Shown here piece after piece: positions 1 through 9,037 of a stretch of 64,000 nt of DNA (its first letter is position 1; each line of letters opens with the position of its first letter). The stretch is taken from positions 96,001 to 160,000 of the forward strand of contig JAWCCZ010000003.1 of assembly GCA_038861545.1 (NCBI GenBank), read 5' to 3'. The notes under the pieces were generated by a model. It was not told where the DNA came from. It saw only the letters and a list, made by a program, of their open reading frames with translations, and did not search any database. The stretch is from Thermofilaceae archaeon. GTDB taxonomy: Archaea; Thermoproteota; Thermoprotei; Thermofilales; Thermofilaceae. Both the position numbers and the translations under genes were made by a program.

Positions 1-16
1 CCGGTAAATTTAAAAA
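1..16 (+). promoter_or_regulatory. BRE/TATA promoter for the rpl22 operon
   Basis: CCGGTAAATTTAAAAA lies about 24 nt before the GTG at 38. The same CGGTAAATTTA core recurs at 30066 and 49535. Confidence 0.65.
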
Positions 17-37
17 TACAGAGGTTGTTCAGCCTGC

Positions 38-487
38 GTGCCACGTTGGAGGTACTCAGTGCTATTGGATCCCGCTAGGACGGCTATAGCATCAGGACGC
101 GACCTCAGAGTCTCGTATAAGGATACCGTAGAGGTATTGAATGCGATTCGAGGAAAGACGCTTGAGGAGGCAGAAAAAGTACTGAACGATGTAATAAATA
201 CAAAGAAGCCTTTACCCTATAGGCGATTCAATAAAAAAGTAGGGCATAAGAGGGCTATTAGTTCTGGTCGTTTTCCAGTGAAGGCAGCTAATGTTGTACT
301 CAAGGTACTCAAAAATGCCGAGGCTAACGCTGAGTATAAAGGCCTTGATACTGCTAGGCTGTGGGTGGTGCATGCGGCTGCTCACAAGGGGTCGAAGATA
401 AAAGGGTACATGCCTAGAGCTTTCGGGCGAGCCACGCCATGGTTCGAACAGTTGGTGCATATAGAGATAGGCCTTGAAGAGCGGTGA
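38..487 (+). CDS. rpl22: 50S ribosomal protein L22 (uL22)
   Basis: Archaeal L22 motifs (GRFPVKAA, NAEANAEYKGLD, MPRAFGRA); followed by S3. Confidence 0.97.
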   Translation: MPRWRYSVLLDPARTAIASGRDLRVSYKDTVEVLNAIRGKTLEEAEKVLNDVINTKKPLPYRRFNKKVGHKRAISSGRFPVKAANVVLKVLKNAEANAEYKGLDTARLWVVHAAAHKGSKIKGYMPRAFGRATPWFEQLVHIEIGLEER

Positions 488-493
488 TCAACG

Positions 494-1072
494 ATGACCG
501 TAGCTAAGTCCTTCCTTCAGAAAGGGTTGCAGTACATGGAACTGAGCGTTTTCCTAGCTAGAAGGTTAATTCATGCAGGTTATGTAGATGTTCAATTATT
601 CAAGACACCTATAGGGACTAGAGTTGTTGTGTTAGCTGAAAGGCCTGCCGTAGTTATAGGTAGAAGAGGAGCGAGCGTTAAGGAATTGCAAGAAATCCTC
701 CAGAAAAAATTTGGGATAGATAACCCCCAGATAGATGTGGTTGAAGTAGCTAACCCTGATCTAAATGCCAAAATAGTTGCATACGGTATTGCCAGGGCTA
801 TGGCCAGAGGAGTCAAGTTTAGGAGGGCAGCTTTAGTGGCGATTAGAAGGGTTATGGAGGCTGGCGCAAGAGGAATAGAAGTTGTAATCAGTGGTAAACT
901 TTCTTCCCAGAGAGCGAGGTTTGAGAAATATACTGCCGGGGTAGTGTACAAATCAGGAATGCCTGGTGAATCTATCGATGAGGCGGTAATACACGTACTC
1001 CTAAAACCTGGGATATACGGAGTTAAAGTCAGAATAGCGGCACCCGAAGCTCCTATAACTGTTAAAGCTTAG
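494..1072 (+). CDS. rps3: 30S ribosomal protein S3 (uS3)
   Basis: KH motif VIGRRGASV, GARGIEVVISGKL, GIYGVKVRI. Confidence 0.97.
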   Translation: MTVAKSFLQKGLQYMELSVFLARRLIHAGYVDVQLFKTPIGTRVVVLAERPAVVIGRRGASVKELQEILQKKFGIDNPQIDVVEVANPDLNAKIVAYGIARAMARGVKFRRAALVAIRRVMEAGARGIEVVISGKLSSQRARFEKYTAGVVYKSGMPGESIDEAVIHVLLKPGIYGVKVRIAAPEAPITVKA

Positions 1073-1078
1073 TGGGGT

Positions 1079-1291
1079 GTGAATATGAAACTGCTTCCAC
1101 CTAATGAGATAAGGAGTATGAACGGTGAGGAGAGAAAACGTCGTCTGGAAGAATTAAGAGCCGAGCTTATGCGACTTAGAGCGCAGGCTGCCAGAGGTAC
1201 ACTTGAAAACCCAGCTAGAATTAAAGAAATTAGAAAAGCTATAGCTAGGATTTTGACGATAGAGCGGGAAACAAAGAATCATGGGGCGTAG
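1079..1291 (+). CDS. rpl29: 50S ribosomal protein L29 (uL29)
   Basis: ENPARIKEIRKAIARILT motif; gene order. Confidence 0.96.
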   Translation: MNMKLLPPNEIRSMNGEERKRRLEELRAELMRLRAQAARGTLENPARIKEIRKAIARILTIERETKNHGA

Positions 1292-1562
1292 TCCTAGTAA
1301 CATTCTTAATCACGAGCTTATAGGTCTTAAAGTTTCAATTATTGGAAGCCGGAATCCCAGTCAGGTCGGTTTAACTGGTATCGTAGTGGATGAGACAATG
1401 AAGACCCTGGTTTTAGAAACATTTAATGGAAGAAAGAGAGTCTTAAAAGAGGGTACTAGTTTCCTATTTTATCTTCCCGGCTGTGTAAAATTATCAGTCA
1501 ATGGAAGAGAGCTTATCGGAAGGCCTGAAGATAGGTTAAAGAAAAGAACAAAGTCATGGTAA
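1281..1562 (+). CDS. rnp1: Ribonuclease P protein component 1 (Rpp29/Pop4)
   Basis: HELIGLKV, GIVVDETMKT, GRPEDRLK; lies between L29 and S17. Confidence 0.93.
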   Translation: MGRSPSNILNHELIGLKVSIIGSRNPSQVGLTGIVVDETMKTLVLETFNGRKRVLKEGTSFLFYLPGCVKLSVNGRELIGRPEDRLKKRTKSW

Positions 1563-1608
1563 AGCCATAGGTAGGTTTTAATATATTAGTTACAGAGGTT
1601 TTTCAGCT

Positions 1609-1944
1609 ATGAGTAAGGCAGCGCATAGGGATCTAGGTATTCCAGGTCTAAAACCCCCTGAGAAAGTATGTAGTGACCCACTATGTCCTTGGCATGGAGA
1701 GTTACCAGTTCGCGGGGTATTAATGGAGGTTAAAGTAGAGAAAGTAAAAGCGCATAAAATGGCCGTGGTAGTTCATGAGTACCCCTACTATGTCCCCAAA
1801 TACATGAGGTACGAGAAAAGAAGGAAGATGAAACATGTTCGAGTGCCACCGTGCATTGACATAAAACCAGGTGACCGCGTAGTGATCGGTGAAACTAGAC
1901 CCCTAGCAAAATCTATTTCTTTTGTAGTTTTAAGCAAGATTTAG
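1609..1944 (+). CDS. rps17: 30S ribosomal protein S17 (uS17)
   Basis: CSDPLCPWHG, KYMRYEKRR, GETRPLAK. Confidence 0.97.
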   Translation: MSKAAHRDLGIPGLKPPEKVCSDPLCPWHGELPVRGVLMEVKVEKVKAHKMAVVVHEYPYYVPKYMRYEKRRKMKHVRVPPCIDIKPGDRVVIGETRPLAKSISFVVLSKI

Positions 1945-1956
1945 AGGTGGAATGCT

Positions 1957-2382
1957 ATGGCAAAACGTGGTGCCAAGGTTACAGGTGTTTCATATAGGTT
2001 TCATGTAACGCCGGGAATATTCATGGAGAGCCTAGTTAAGGTATCTGATAACTCTGGCGCTAGGTTAGCTAAGGTGATTGGAGTTTTAAAAACTAGGACA
2101 ACATGGCGTAGAATACCTGGAGCAGCTGTCGGCGACATGGTAGTTGTCTCCATAAGGGAGGCGAAGCCGGAGCTCAGGAAACAAATAATGCATGGAATTG
2201 TGATTAGGCAGCGGCGCCCTTATAGGCGGCCCGATGGTACCTGGATAGCATTTGAAGATAATGCGATAGTGCTTATAACCCCTGAAGGAGATCCTAAAGG
2301 AAGCGAAATTCATGGTCCTGTAGCTAGAGAAGCTATTGAGCGTTGGCCAAGGTTAGCCACAATGGCTACCATTATAGTTTAA
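1957..2382 (+). CDS. rpl14: 50S ribosomal protein L14 (uL14)
   Basis: [26 protein letters not shown]. Confidence 0.97.
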   Translation: MAKRGAKVTGVSYRFHVTPGIFMESLVKVSDNSGARLAKVIGVLKTRTTWRRIPGAAVGDMVVVSIREAKPELRKQIMHGIVIRQRRPYRRPDGTWIAFEDNAIVLITPEGDPKGSEIHGPVAREAIERWPRLATMATIIV

Positions 2383-3035
2383 CGTACTCGTTCACTCAAA
2401 GTTAAATGAATATTGAAGAGCTCCTCCTCGTAAGAAGGTAGTTCATTTAAAAAACATTTTAATTTATATAAAGGTACAAGTGCAACCCCCTCAAAAATTT
2501 TTACATCACCTTCGTGGAGGTTAACTAAAGCAGGAATAATTTTGGCTTTGTCCCATCCCTCAGTAAACCCACGAAGAGAATGAATCGATGTTAATCTCTT
2601 CGCCAGTATCTCACACTTTAACTTCTGCTGCCTTGCCGCAGTTTTTAAACCGCCAAGCCTTAATCTAGTCCAACGCTTACATTCAACAGCTAGTATACGA
2701 GGGTAATTGAAAGCCACTACATCAATTTCAAAAATCCTCTTCTCTCTTTTAAGTCGAACATGGGTCAGTGCTCTGAATCCATACTCAGCTAGTGCCTTGG
2801 CACATAGGATCTCGAAGTCCTTCCACTCTGCTTTTAAAGCTAGCCTGACTGGGTCAAATCCTCTTTTCCAGCATGCAAGCAAAAGGTCGGCAGCATCAAC
2901 TACTACAACTTGATCCTCGTTAAACCTTACCGGGAAGCCGTTTAAAAGGTCTACCAGTAGATCCCTTGTGAGTCCTGTGCATCCTTCTAAATAGGCCAGA
3001 TGCACTGTTTTTCGTTTTAAGATTTCTGTTAGCAT
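2379..3035 (-). CDS. PD-(D/E)XK restriction-endonuclease-like protein (Mrr/NERD-like)
   Basis: WKDFE...EIDVVA...AVECKRW catalytic pattern. Start moved to ATG 3035 because the longer ORF runs antisense through tRNA-Ile. Confidence 0.75.
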   Translation of the reverse strand: MLTEILKRKTVHLAYLEGCTGLTRDLLVDLLNGFPVRFNEDQVVVVDAADLLLACWKRGFDPVRLALKAEWKDFEILCAKALAEYGFRALTHVRLKREKRIFEIDVVAFNYPRILAVECKRWTRLRLGGLKTAARQQKLKCEILAKRLTSIHSLRGFTEGWDKAKIIPALVNLHEGDVKIFEGVALVPLYKLKCFLNELPSYEEELFNIHLTLSERVR

Positions 3036-3145
3036 AAGGTATACTAGCTCGGTTATCACGTAACAAACATGGTAAGCAGGATAAAGATTTAGCGCACTGC
3101 ATACAATAAGTATTATAATCCCCTCTATTCCGGCATAAATGATAA

Positions 3146-3241
3146 GGGCCCGTGGCCTAGCCTGGTCATGGCATCCGGCTGATAACCGGAGATCGTAAGT
3201 TGGAAACCGGGGGGTCCCGGGTTCAAATCCCGGCGGGCCCA
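3146..3241 (+). tRNA. tRNA-Ile(GAT) with 21-nt intron (most likely 3185-3205, position 37/38)
   Basis: GGGCCCG/CGGGCCC acceptor stem; TCCGG-CT-GAT-A anticodon arm; CCGGG-TTCAAAT-CCCGG T arm; relaxed BHB (CTGA/TTGG). Confidence 0.93.
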
Positions 3242-3313
3242 CTATAAGGTCGTTTTTCCTATAGGAATTGAATAGCAGAAGAAGTTCTTATTTGAACCAA
3301 AACAATTTTATGT

Positions 3314-4294
3314 TCAATTGAGCTTTGTTCTGAAAAGTTCATATATACTGTGCAGTAACAAATCACCCATCTCGCGTGGAACACGTACCGCAGCTGCTTT
3401 GCTAAGACCTCCACCACCGCCACCCAGCTTAGAAACCACTGAAGAAAGTTCTTGTAGGGCATTAAACTCAATCATATGCGGCACACGACACGTAGCAACT
3501 GTCTCACGGTTATTAGGGGAAAATATTACAACTGTAACTTTCTTTTTTTCACGGGCAATCCTGGAAGCAATATGTCCAGCTAAGCCGCCAAGTTTAATCT
3601 CTCTGGCATCGATTATTAACCCTTTTTCTAAATCTACTACTATCTTCTCTTTAACATGGGCCATCTTATGGGCGAGCAGTTTTTCAAACTCTTCGGCCTT
3701 AATGGCGACTTCGTCGTCAATCAACTTTTGCTCGTCAACCCACATTTTAACGAGTTTACGTTTAAATTGCTCTTTAGCAGAGGGAGCACTTAGAGCGGCC
3801 GCCACTCTATCAGCTACTACTGTTAATTCATCGTCTGCAATCACACCATCTGCAATTTCCCCTATTTTAGCAAGCTTAGCGAAAAACTCAGGATTTTCGG
3901 TTAATGGCACGAAGACTTCTCTAGTAAGCGTTGATGTAGAACCATTGCTAGTGTATAAAATTGAGACCCCTCTCATTAGAAGTTCTAGCGCCAATCTGGA
4001 CGTCGATACATGATGATCGATCCAAAGGATTCGGCATCCCTCGGATATCAACTTAGTGGTAGCGTTTATCGTCGAGCTCCACGTAGCTTCATCTATACCA
4101 AGGTCTGTTATCAAGAGGAGATTAGGAGGCATAGCAGCCAGCTCTGCCAGCTTTATGTACAGGTTATACGGTTGGGCTATAAGTAGCTCGATTCTTAACC
4201 CTTTCATTCTCCTTAACGCGGCAATTATAATCGCAGCTGAAGCTAAACCGTCAAGGTCACCGTGAGCTACTAGTACGGCTCGCGTGTAATCCAT
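3314..4294 (-). CDS. DHH/DHHA1 family phosphoesterase
   Basis: HGDLDG, TDLG, WIDHH and C-terminal GGGGG motifs. ATG 4294 preferred as start; the ORF is open to 4321. Confidence 0.85.
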   Translation of the reverse strand: MDYTRAVLVAHGDLDGLASAAIIIAALRRMKGLRIELLIAQPYNLYIKLAELAAMPPNLLLITDLGIDEATWSSTINATTKLISEGCRILWIDHHVSTSRLALELLMRGVSILYTSNGSTSTLTREVFVPLTENPEFFAKLAKIGEIADGVIADDELTVVADRVAAALSAPSAKEQFKRKLVKMWVDEQKLIDDEVAIKAEEFEKLLAHKMAHVKEKIVVDLEKGLIIDAREIKLGGLAGHIASRIAREKKKVTVVIFSPNNRETVATCRVPHMIEFNALQELSSVVSKLGGGGGGLSKAAAVRVPREMGDLLLHSIYELFRTKLN

Positions 4295-4362
4295 TACTCT
4301 CACTCTAGTAGGCACCTTCAAAACAGCAAACTATAAAAACAGAACGTAAGAGCGCTATCGAA

Positions 4363-4923
4363 GTGTCTGAAAAAAATTTGGGACTATACTTGACTTTCAA
4401 GAGCAAGTATATGAAAAATATACTGAGGGGGACTAAGAAAACTACTGTTCGCCTAGGTATCATCAAGTCCCTTCATGATAGAGTCTTTATTGAATGCAGA
4501 GGTAAACTCTACGGTGAAGCAATTATAAAGAATTTACGTTATGTAGAGTTATCAAAGTTAAACGAAGATGATGCAATAAGGGATGGATTTAAAAATTTGA
4601 ATGAAATGATAGCTGATCTGAAAAGAATATATCCTTTTTTAAAGAAGAAAGATAAAATGACCATTATAGAATTTGAAGTCACTAAGATCTACTCACAGCC
4701 CATACCAAAGTCAGTATTAAACAGAGATCAGTCACGTATTGCCAAGCTTGCATTAGCATACTGGCCCCACTGGAGTAGCAAAGAAAGGAAAATACTGGCC
4801 GAGCTATCTGTCGGGAAAAGTATCGAAGAAATTGCAGTAGAAGATGAAGTGTCTATTGCCGAAGTTGTTAGTCTATTAAATTCTGTCAGTTCTAAACTTA
4901 GATCTATGGGACTTTCCACTTGA
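4363..4923 (+). CDS. ASCH domain protein with C-terminal HTH-like segment
   Basis: ILRGTKKTTVR (ASCH GxK..R) and DAIRDGF. The C-terminal SKERKILAELSVGKSIEEIA resembles a LuxR/GerE HTH. Confidence 0.8.
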   Translation: MSEKNLGLYLTFKSKYMKNILRGTKKTTVRLGIIKSLHDRVFIECRGKLYGEAIIKNLRYVELSKLNEDDAIRDGFKNLNEMIADLKRIYPFLKKKDKMTIIEFEVTKIYSQPIPKSVLNRDQSRIAKLALAYWPHWSSKERKILAELSVGKSIEEIAVEDEVSIAEVVSLLNSVSSKLRSMGLST

Positions 4924-6756
4924 TCGCTTACTGTAAACGGCGTTTACTCCCTCAAGAAGGGTTTCTACCACAATGTTTTCCGCAGATTTTAAGCGGAGAA
5001 GGTATTCAAGGAATTCTTTCTTAACCGAATTAATTATTTCGTTAGGGTTGGCACTACCATCAGCTATACTTTTCAACTTGGATTCCATTTTTCCTCTAAT
5101 TTCGGGAAGTATTGCCTCAGGTACTGCCTCATCTAAAGCCTTAATAAGGGCGCGACCAAGCGGAGTGGGTATGCAACTTTTTCTTTGTATTTCGAAGTAT
5201 TTTCTCTCTATATTAGTGTGAATATGGTCTTGCATCGTAGCATCTGTTCCTATCCCATAGTACCTCATCAGCCTAAGTAGTTCAGACTCGCTTAAGTACG
5301 GAGGGGGTTCGGTCTCGCGCTCAACTGTCTCTATATTTAAGACCTTTAACTGTTCGCCGATACTAAGCTCTGGAAGAGCTTTTTCTTGTGGCTTTTCATA
5401 ATAATATACTAATGTATAGCCGTAATCTAGTATTTTCACCCCTTCTGCTATAAACCTACAGTTGTCTATCTCTACTTTAACCAGCTGACGTTCCATTTTT
5501 AGCGGTGGGCTTAAAGTTGCAAGAAAATGCCTTACAACTAAGTCATATAATTTCCAACCTTCAACTCCAAACCGCTTAACCATCTTCTCTGCATTTACAT
5601 GCTTTAGAGGATGAATTGGAGGATGGGCTTTATCGTCATCCTTACCCTGCCTAACACTAAGCTTAGATTGTGAAAGAATTTTCTGACTAACATATTCACC
5701 AAGTTCTTCGTGGTGTAAAAACATCGAAGCGATAGCTCTGAGGTTAATTGTAGGAGGATATATTGTTGTATCGGTTCTAGGGTAGGAAATAAGTCCCTCT
5801 TGATACAGGTCCTCTGCAAGCGCCATAGCGATTTTTGGTCTGGTATCCAAAAAGCGGCTTGCCCTTCTTTCAAGTTCAACTGTAGCAAGAGGCTCAGGCG
5901 GTTCACGTGATATTATTTTATTATCAAATTCGATAATCATGGCTTTTTCGGCTTTCCTAAGCTTCACAGCTAAGGCTTCGGCTTCATCCTTTAGTTCGAA
6001 ATTTTTCTCATATTTTGCCTTAAACTTATAATTTGAAGTTTCTAATGTAACTATTAATTGATAATATTTCTTTTTCTTAAAATTTTCTCTCTCCAAAGCT
6101 CTTTTTACGACTAGGTAGAGTACTGGTGTCTGGCAGGGACCATAGCTAAGGAATTTTCCCCGCGGTAGATTACCGTTATTCCTCTCAACCATAAGTGTAA
6201 GGGTTCGCGTAAAAGAAGCTCCTATGACCAAATCGAGTACCATTCGTGCGAAAGCTTTGTTGGCCAGTCGAGGATCTGGATCACGAGGTTTAGATAAGGC
6301 ATCCAAAATATCATCTTTGGTCACGGCTGAGAACCATATTCTACTGAACTTTAAGTGTGGATTAGATTTTCTCATTACATGCATTACCTCGAATGCTATA
6401 GCTTCCCCCTCTATGTCAGCGTCAAGAGCCAGAATCACGAGTTCCGTAGAGATCGCGAGTTTACTTAAGGCATTTACATACTTCACCATTCCTTCCCTAA
6501 TCATTCTGATCGGAGCAATTCGGAAAAGCTCAATCGGGTCTACATTTTTCCAGCCGCTGTACTTTTTCGGGAAATCAAAATTCATTAAATGACCCCTGAT
6601 ACCTAATGCAGCCCATTCACCCCATTTACACTTGAAGACTAGTACTGACACTCCAGCTACATTAATGGACGCGTATCTACCTTGCGAAAGATAAGCGGCA
6701 AATGCTCTGGCCACCCCAGGTTTTTCTGCGACTACGATGGCATCAAACCACATCAT
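4876..6756 (-). CDS. topA: DNA topoisomerase I (type IA, Top3-like)
   Basis: VAEKP, LDADIEGEAI (TOPRIM), SYGPCQTP, catalytic GLISYPRTD, AHPPIHP, GIGTDAT. Confidence 0.97.
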   Translation of the reverse strand: MMWFDAIVVAEKPGVARAFAAYLSQGRYASINVAGVSVLVFKCKWGEWAALGIRGHLMNFDFPKKYSGWKNVDPIELFRIAPIRMIREGMVKYVNALSKLAISTELVILALDADIEGEAIAFEVMHVMRKSNPHLKFSRIWFSAVTKDDILDALSKPRDPDPRLANKAFARMVLDLVIGASFTRTLTLMVERNNGNLPRGKFLSYGPCQTPVLYLVVKRALERENFKKKKYYQLIVTLETSNYKFKAKYEKNFELKDEAEALAVKLRKAEKAMIIEFDNKIISREPPEPLATVELERRASRFLDTRPKIAMALAEDLYQEGLISYPRTDTTIYPPTINLRAIASMFLHHEELGEYVSQKILSQSKLSVRQGKDDDKAHPPIHPLKHVNAEKMVKRFGVEGWKLYDLVVRHFLATLSPPLKMERQLVKVEIDNCRFIAEGVKILDYGYTLVYYYEKPQEKALPELSIGEQLKVLNIETVERETEPPPYLSESELLRLMRYYGIGTDATMQDHIHTNIERKYFEIQRKSCIPTPLGRALIKALDEAVPEAILPEIRGKMESKLKSIADGSANPNEIINSVKKEFLEYLLRLKSAENIVVETLLEGVNAVYSKRSSGKSHRSKFRTDRI

Positions 6757-7886
6757 CTTTTTCTAGCTTTATCTTTCTCGTTAAGTGTTACATTAACTAC
6801 CTTTAGACCTACTCCCAATAATTCCTTAAAGACTTCACTAAGGAATCTCACGAAAATTCCTTTTTGTCCCACGAAGGCCCCTAAGTTCTCGCTGTCGATT
6901 TCGACTTCAATGTTTACACCAATTAGGTCAGCATTTCCCACATGTTTCTTTATCCACCCTAGCGGATGAAGAGAGCAAACTAATTGTTTAAAGTCCAGGT
7001 TCAGCTCTATTCCCCTAATACTTAAACCACTGTCTTTTTCAATGCGATTAATTCTATCACCACCCCTGCCGATCAACCTGCCTAAAAAACCATCCTTAGA
7101 AACTATCAGCATGTCCGGGGCATTCTTAATATCATACTTTTCTTTAAGCAGTCTCAGGTCTACCACCGTTATAATCTGCGCATCAGGCGAGTGAGAATAG
7201 ATTAAACTTAGAATTTTCCTTTCCTCTTCATTCATTTCCCTTTTTCTTAGTTTCATTTCTAGAGCCAGTTTAAATGCTCGCTTTGCGCCCGGTCTGACAA
7301 TATCCTGAACACCAAAATCAATAACAAACGCTTTCTCTTGACCCATCAGAACTTCTCTCGCAATAGCAGCACTATTGTCTGGCGAGCCAGCTTGAGAAAC
7401 TGGATCACCAGCTATAACTAGCTTTGAATTATTCCCTATGCGTAGCAAAGCTTCATAAATTACTTCTAAAGGTGCATACTGGGAATCATCAAGGAATACA
7501 AGAGTTTTCTCAAAGGTCCTTCCAGCTAGGAAACTAGGATCCGCTACAATTAACTTACTGCTTTCGAGTTGTTTTTTTAAATTCTCTTTATCTATGACAT
7601 CGGATATAAGATCAAAAATATATGAAGATGCCAGGTCAAAAAAGAGCCCACCCAACTCTATCGAGCTGTATCTTCTCCCAGTGTTAAGATCAACTAGGGG
7701 TCTAACTATTACGAAGCGGGAAAATTTGCCTCCGTTTACTGCTTTAATACCGTATAGACATGTTACAAAACTTTTACCGGTCCCGCTGGGACCGAAAACC
7801 CCCACTATATCTACATCTTGGCTATCTAGCGCGGCAAGTAATTGTTTTTGCTTTTCATTATACGGCTTAATGTCACCTGATAGCAT
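6753..7886 (-). CDS. PhoH-family ATPase with two C-terminal KH domains
   Basis: Walker A GPSGTGKS, AGRTF, LDDSQ, IAGDP, DIVR; KH GxxG loops GRLIGRGG and GAFVGQKG. Confidence 0.88.
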   Translation of the reverse strand: MLSGDIKPYNEKQKQLLAALDSQDVDIVGVFGPSGTGKSFVTCLYGIKAVNGGKFSRFVIVRPLVDLNTGRRYSSIELGGLFFDLASSYIFDLISDVIDKENLKKQLESSKLIVADPSFLAGRTFEKTLVFLDDSQYAPLEVIYEALLRIGNNSKLVIAGDPVSQAGSPDNSAAIAREVLMGQEKAFVIDFGVQDIVRPGAKRAFKLALEMKLRKREMNEEERKILSLIYSHSPDAQIITVVDLRLLKEKYDIKNAPDMLIVSKDGFLGRLIGRGGDRINRIEKDSGLSIRGIELNLDFKQLVCSLHPLGWIKKHVGNADLIGVNIEVEIDSENLGAFVGQKGIFVRFLSEVFKELLGVGLKVVNVTLNEKDKARKR

Positions 7887-7952
7887 GATTTAAAGTGCTT
7901 TGAAATGAGTATTTAAATGCACACATTCTCTCAAACCTCCGTTTCAGAGTTT

Positions 7953-8480
7953 CTACTTAAGGCGACGTCCGCAATAAGGACAGGCAACGTGAACATCACC
8001 ATAGGGAAGCGTCCTACCACAGTAAGGGCATTTTTTCTCGACCACAGAACTCTCAGAAGTGGTTACTTTAATTTCACTATTCACCGCAGTTCTACTATGC
8101 TGAGGTTTTTTCTGGTATTGGGGTGGAGCACTACTGGATGTTGCTAGTGCTTGACGTGGTAGCTTAGTCTCAGGTGTTATCTCTTCAGGCCTTTCCACTA
8201 TTTGTAATGATTCGCTCGAACGCTGGATAATGATGCCGACATATATTACGAAGAGCTTTTTCATAGCTAAAAAGACTAAGAGTATACCGATGACTGGTAT
8301 AACAGATAGTAAAGCTAGGAGCGATAGAATGAGTGTTAGGTTAGAATCGGATAGCACTAAGAAAAAAGACGAAAAAACAATTATCACAGCCAATAAAATT
8401 GAGGCTGTGATTAAGATAAGCATGAATTTTTTTAAATTACCTAGGGCTCTCTTCCCGACGATTTCCAATTCCTTGAACAC
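7953..8480 (-). CDS. Membrane protein with C-terminal zinc ribbon
   Basis: Two long hydrophobic segments, a Ser/Pro-rich linker, then CPYC-x11-CPYC. Confidence 0.75.
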   Translation of the reverse strand: MFKELEIVGKRALGNLKKFMLILITASILLAVIIVFSSFFLVLSDSNLTLILSLLALLSVIPVIGILLVFLAMKKLFVIYVGIIIQRSSESLQIVERPEEITPETKLPRQALATSSSAPPQYQKKPQHSRTAVNSEIKVTTSESSVVEKKCPYCGRTLPYGDVHVACPYCGRRLK

Positions 8481-8495
8481 GACGTGTTACCTTAA

Positions 8496-8547
8496 CTCCG
8501 TGATATAAATTCATCACTGATCAGAGCTTGGACCCACAGTCACTGGT
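8496..8547 (-). ncRNA. Candidate box C/D guide sRNA
   Basis: GTGACTG(C)-TGGGTCCAAGCT-CTGA(D')-TCA-GTGATGA(C')-ATTTATATCA-CGGA(D); TATA-like TTATTATA about 25 nt upstream. Confidence 0.4.
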
Positions 8548-8582
8548 CGCTATGAAGATCGGCTGCCGGGTATAATAAGTTT

Positions 8583-8921
8583 TTACTGATTTTTAGCTAA
8601 AGCAACACGCGCGATTTTTACTTTGCCGTCCTCGCTAACAACAGCCTCTAGGTGTGGACTAGCTTCTAATTGTTTTAAGTGGATATCTTTTATCAAGCTC
8701 ACCCTTCTACTTTTAACTTCAGCTCCGAGTAATTCAGCGAGTTCTTCCAGTACATGGTAGGCTTCTTTAGCTCTACCACGTGCCCAGAGTAGTTCATCTT
8801 GAGCGGCTATAACTTCACTCTTAACTTGGATGAGTGTTTTCTTGGCCTCGCCACTCACATCATCTCTGCGCAATAGTTCCTCCAACATGTTCAGTGCGTT
8901 TCGAAGATGTACCGAAGACAT
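8583..8921 (-). CDS. Hypothetical protein (helical/coiled-coil)
   Basis: 112-aa ORF with protein-like composition and a GGGGT RBS-like sequence upstream; no recognisable motif. Confidence 0.7.
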   Translation of the reverse strand: MSSVHLRNALNMLEELLRRDDVSGEAKKTLIQVKSEVIAAQDELLWARGRAKEAYHVLEELAELLGAEVKSRRVSLIKDIHLKQLEASPHLEAVVSEDGKVKIARVALAKNQ

Positions 8922-9037
8922 TTCGACCCCTTTAAATTAGGTAATCCAAAGCCTTAACCAGCTTAACTGGCTTTTTACGGAATACTAACGTAATGCGCTG
9001 GTTCATATCGGAGGAAGCCTCCTTGAGGGCGAATGTG

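Noticed and set aside
3036-3242. N-terminal extension (MGPPGFEPG...) of the 287-aa ORF; similar ORFs at 23680-23874 and 58627-58809
   Set aside because: These are antisense translations of tRNA genes.
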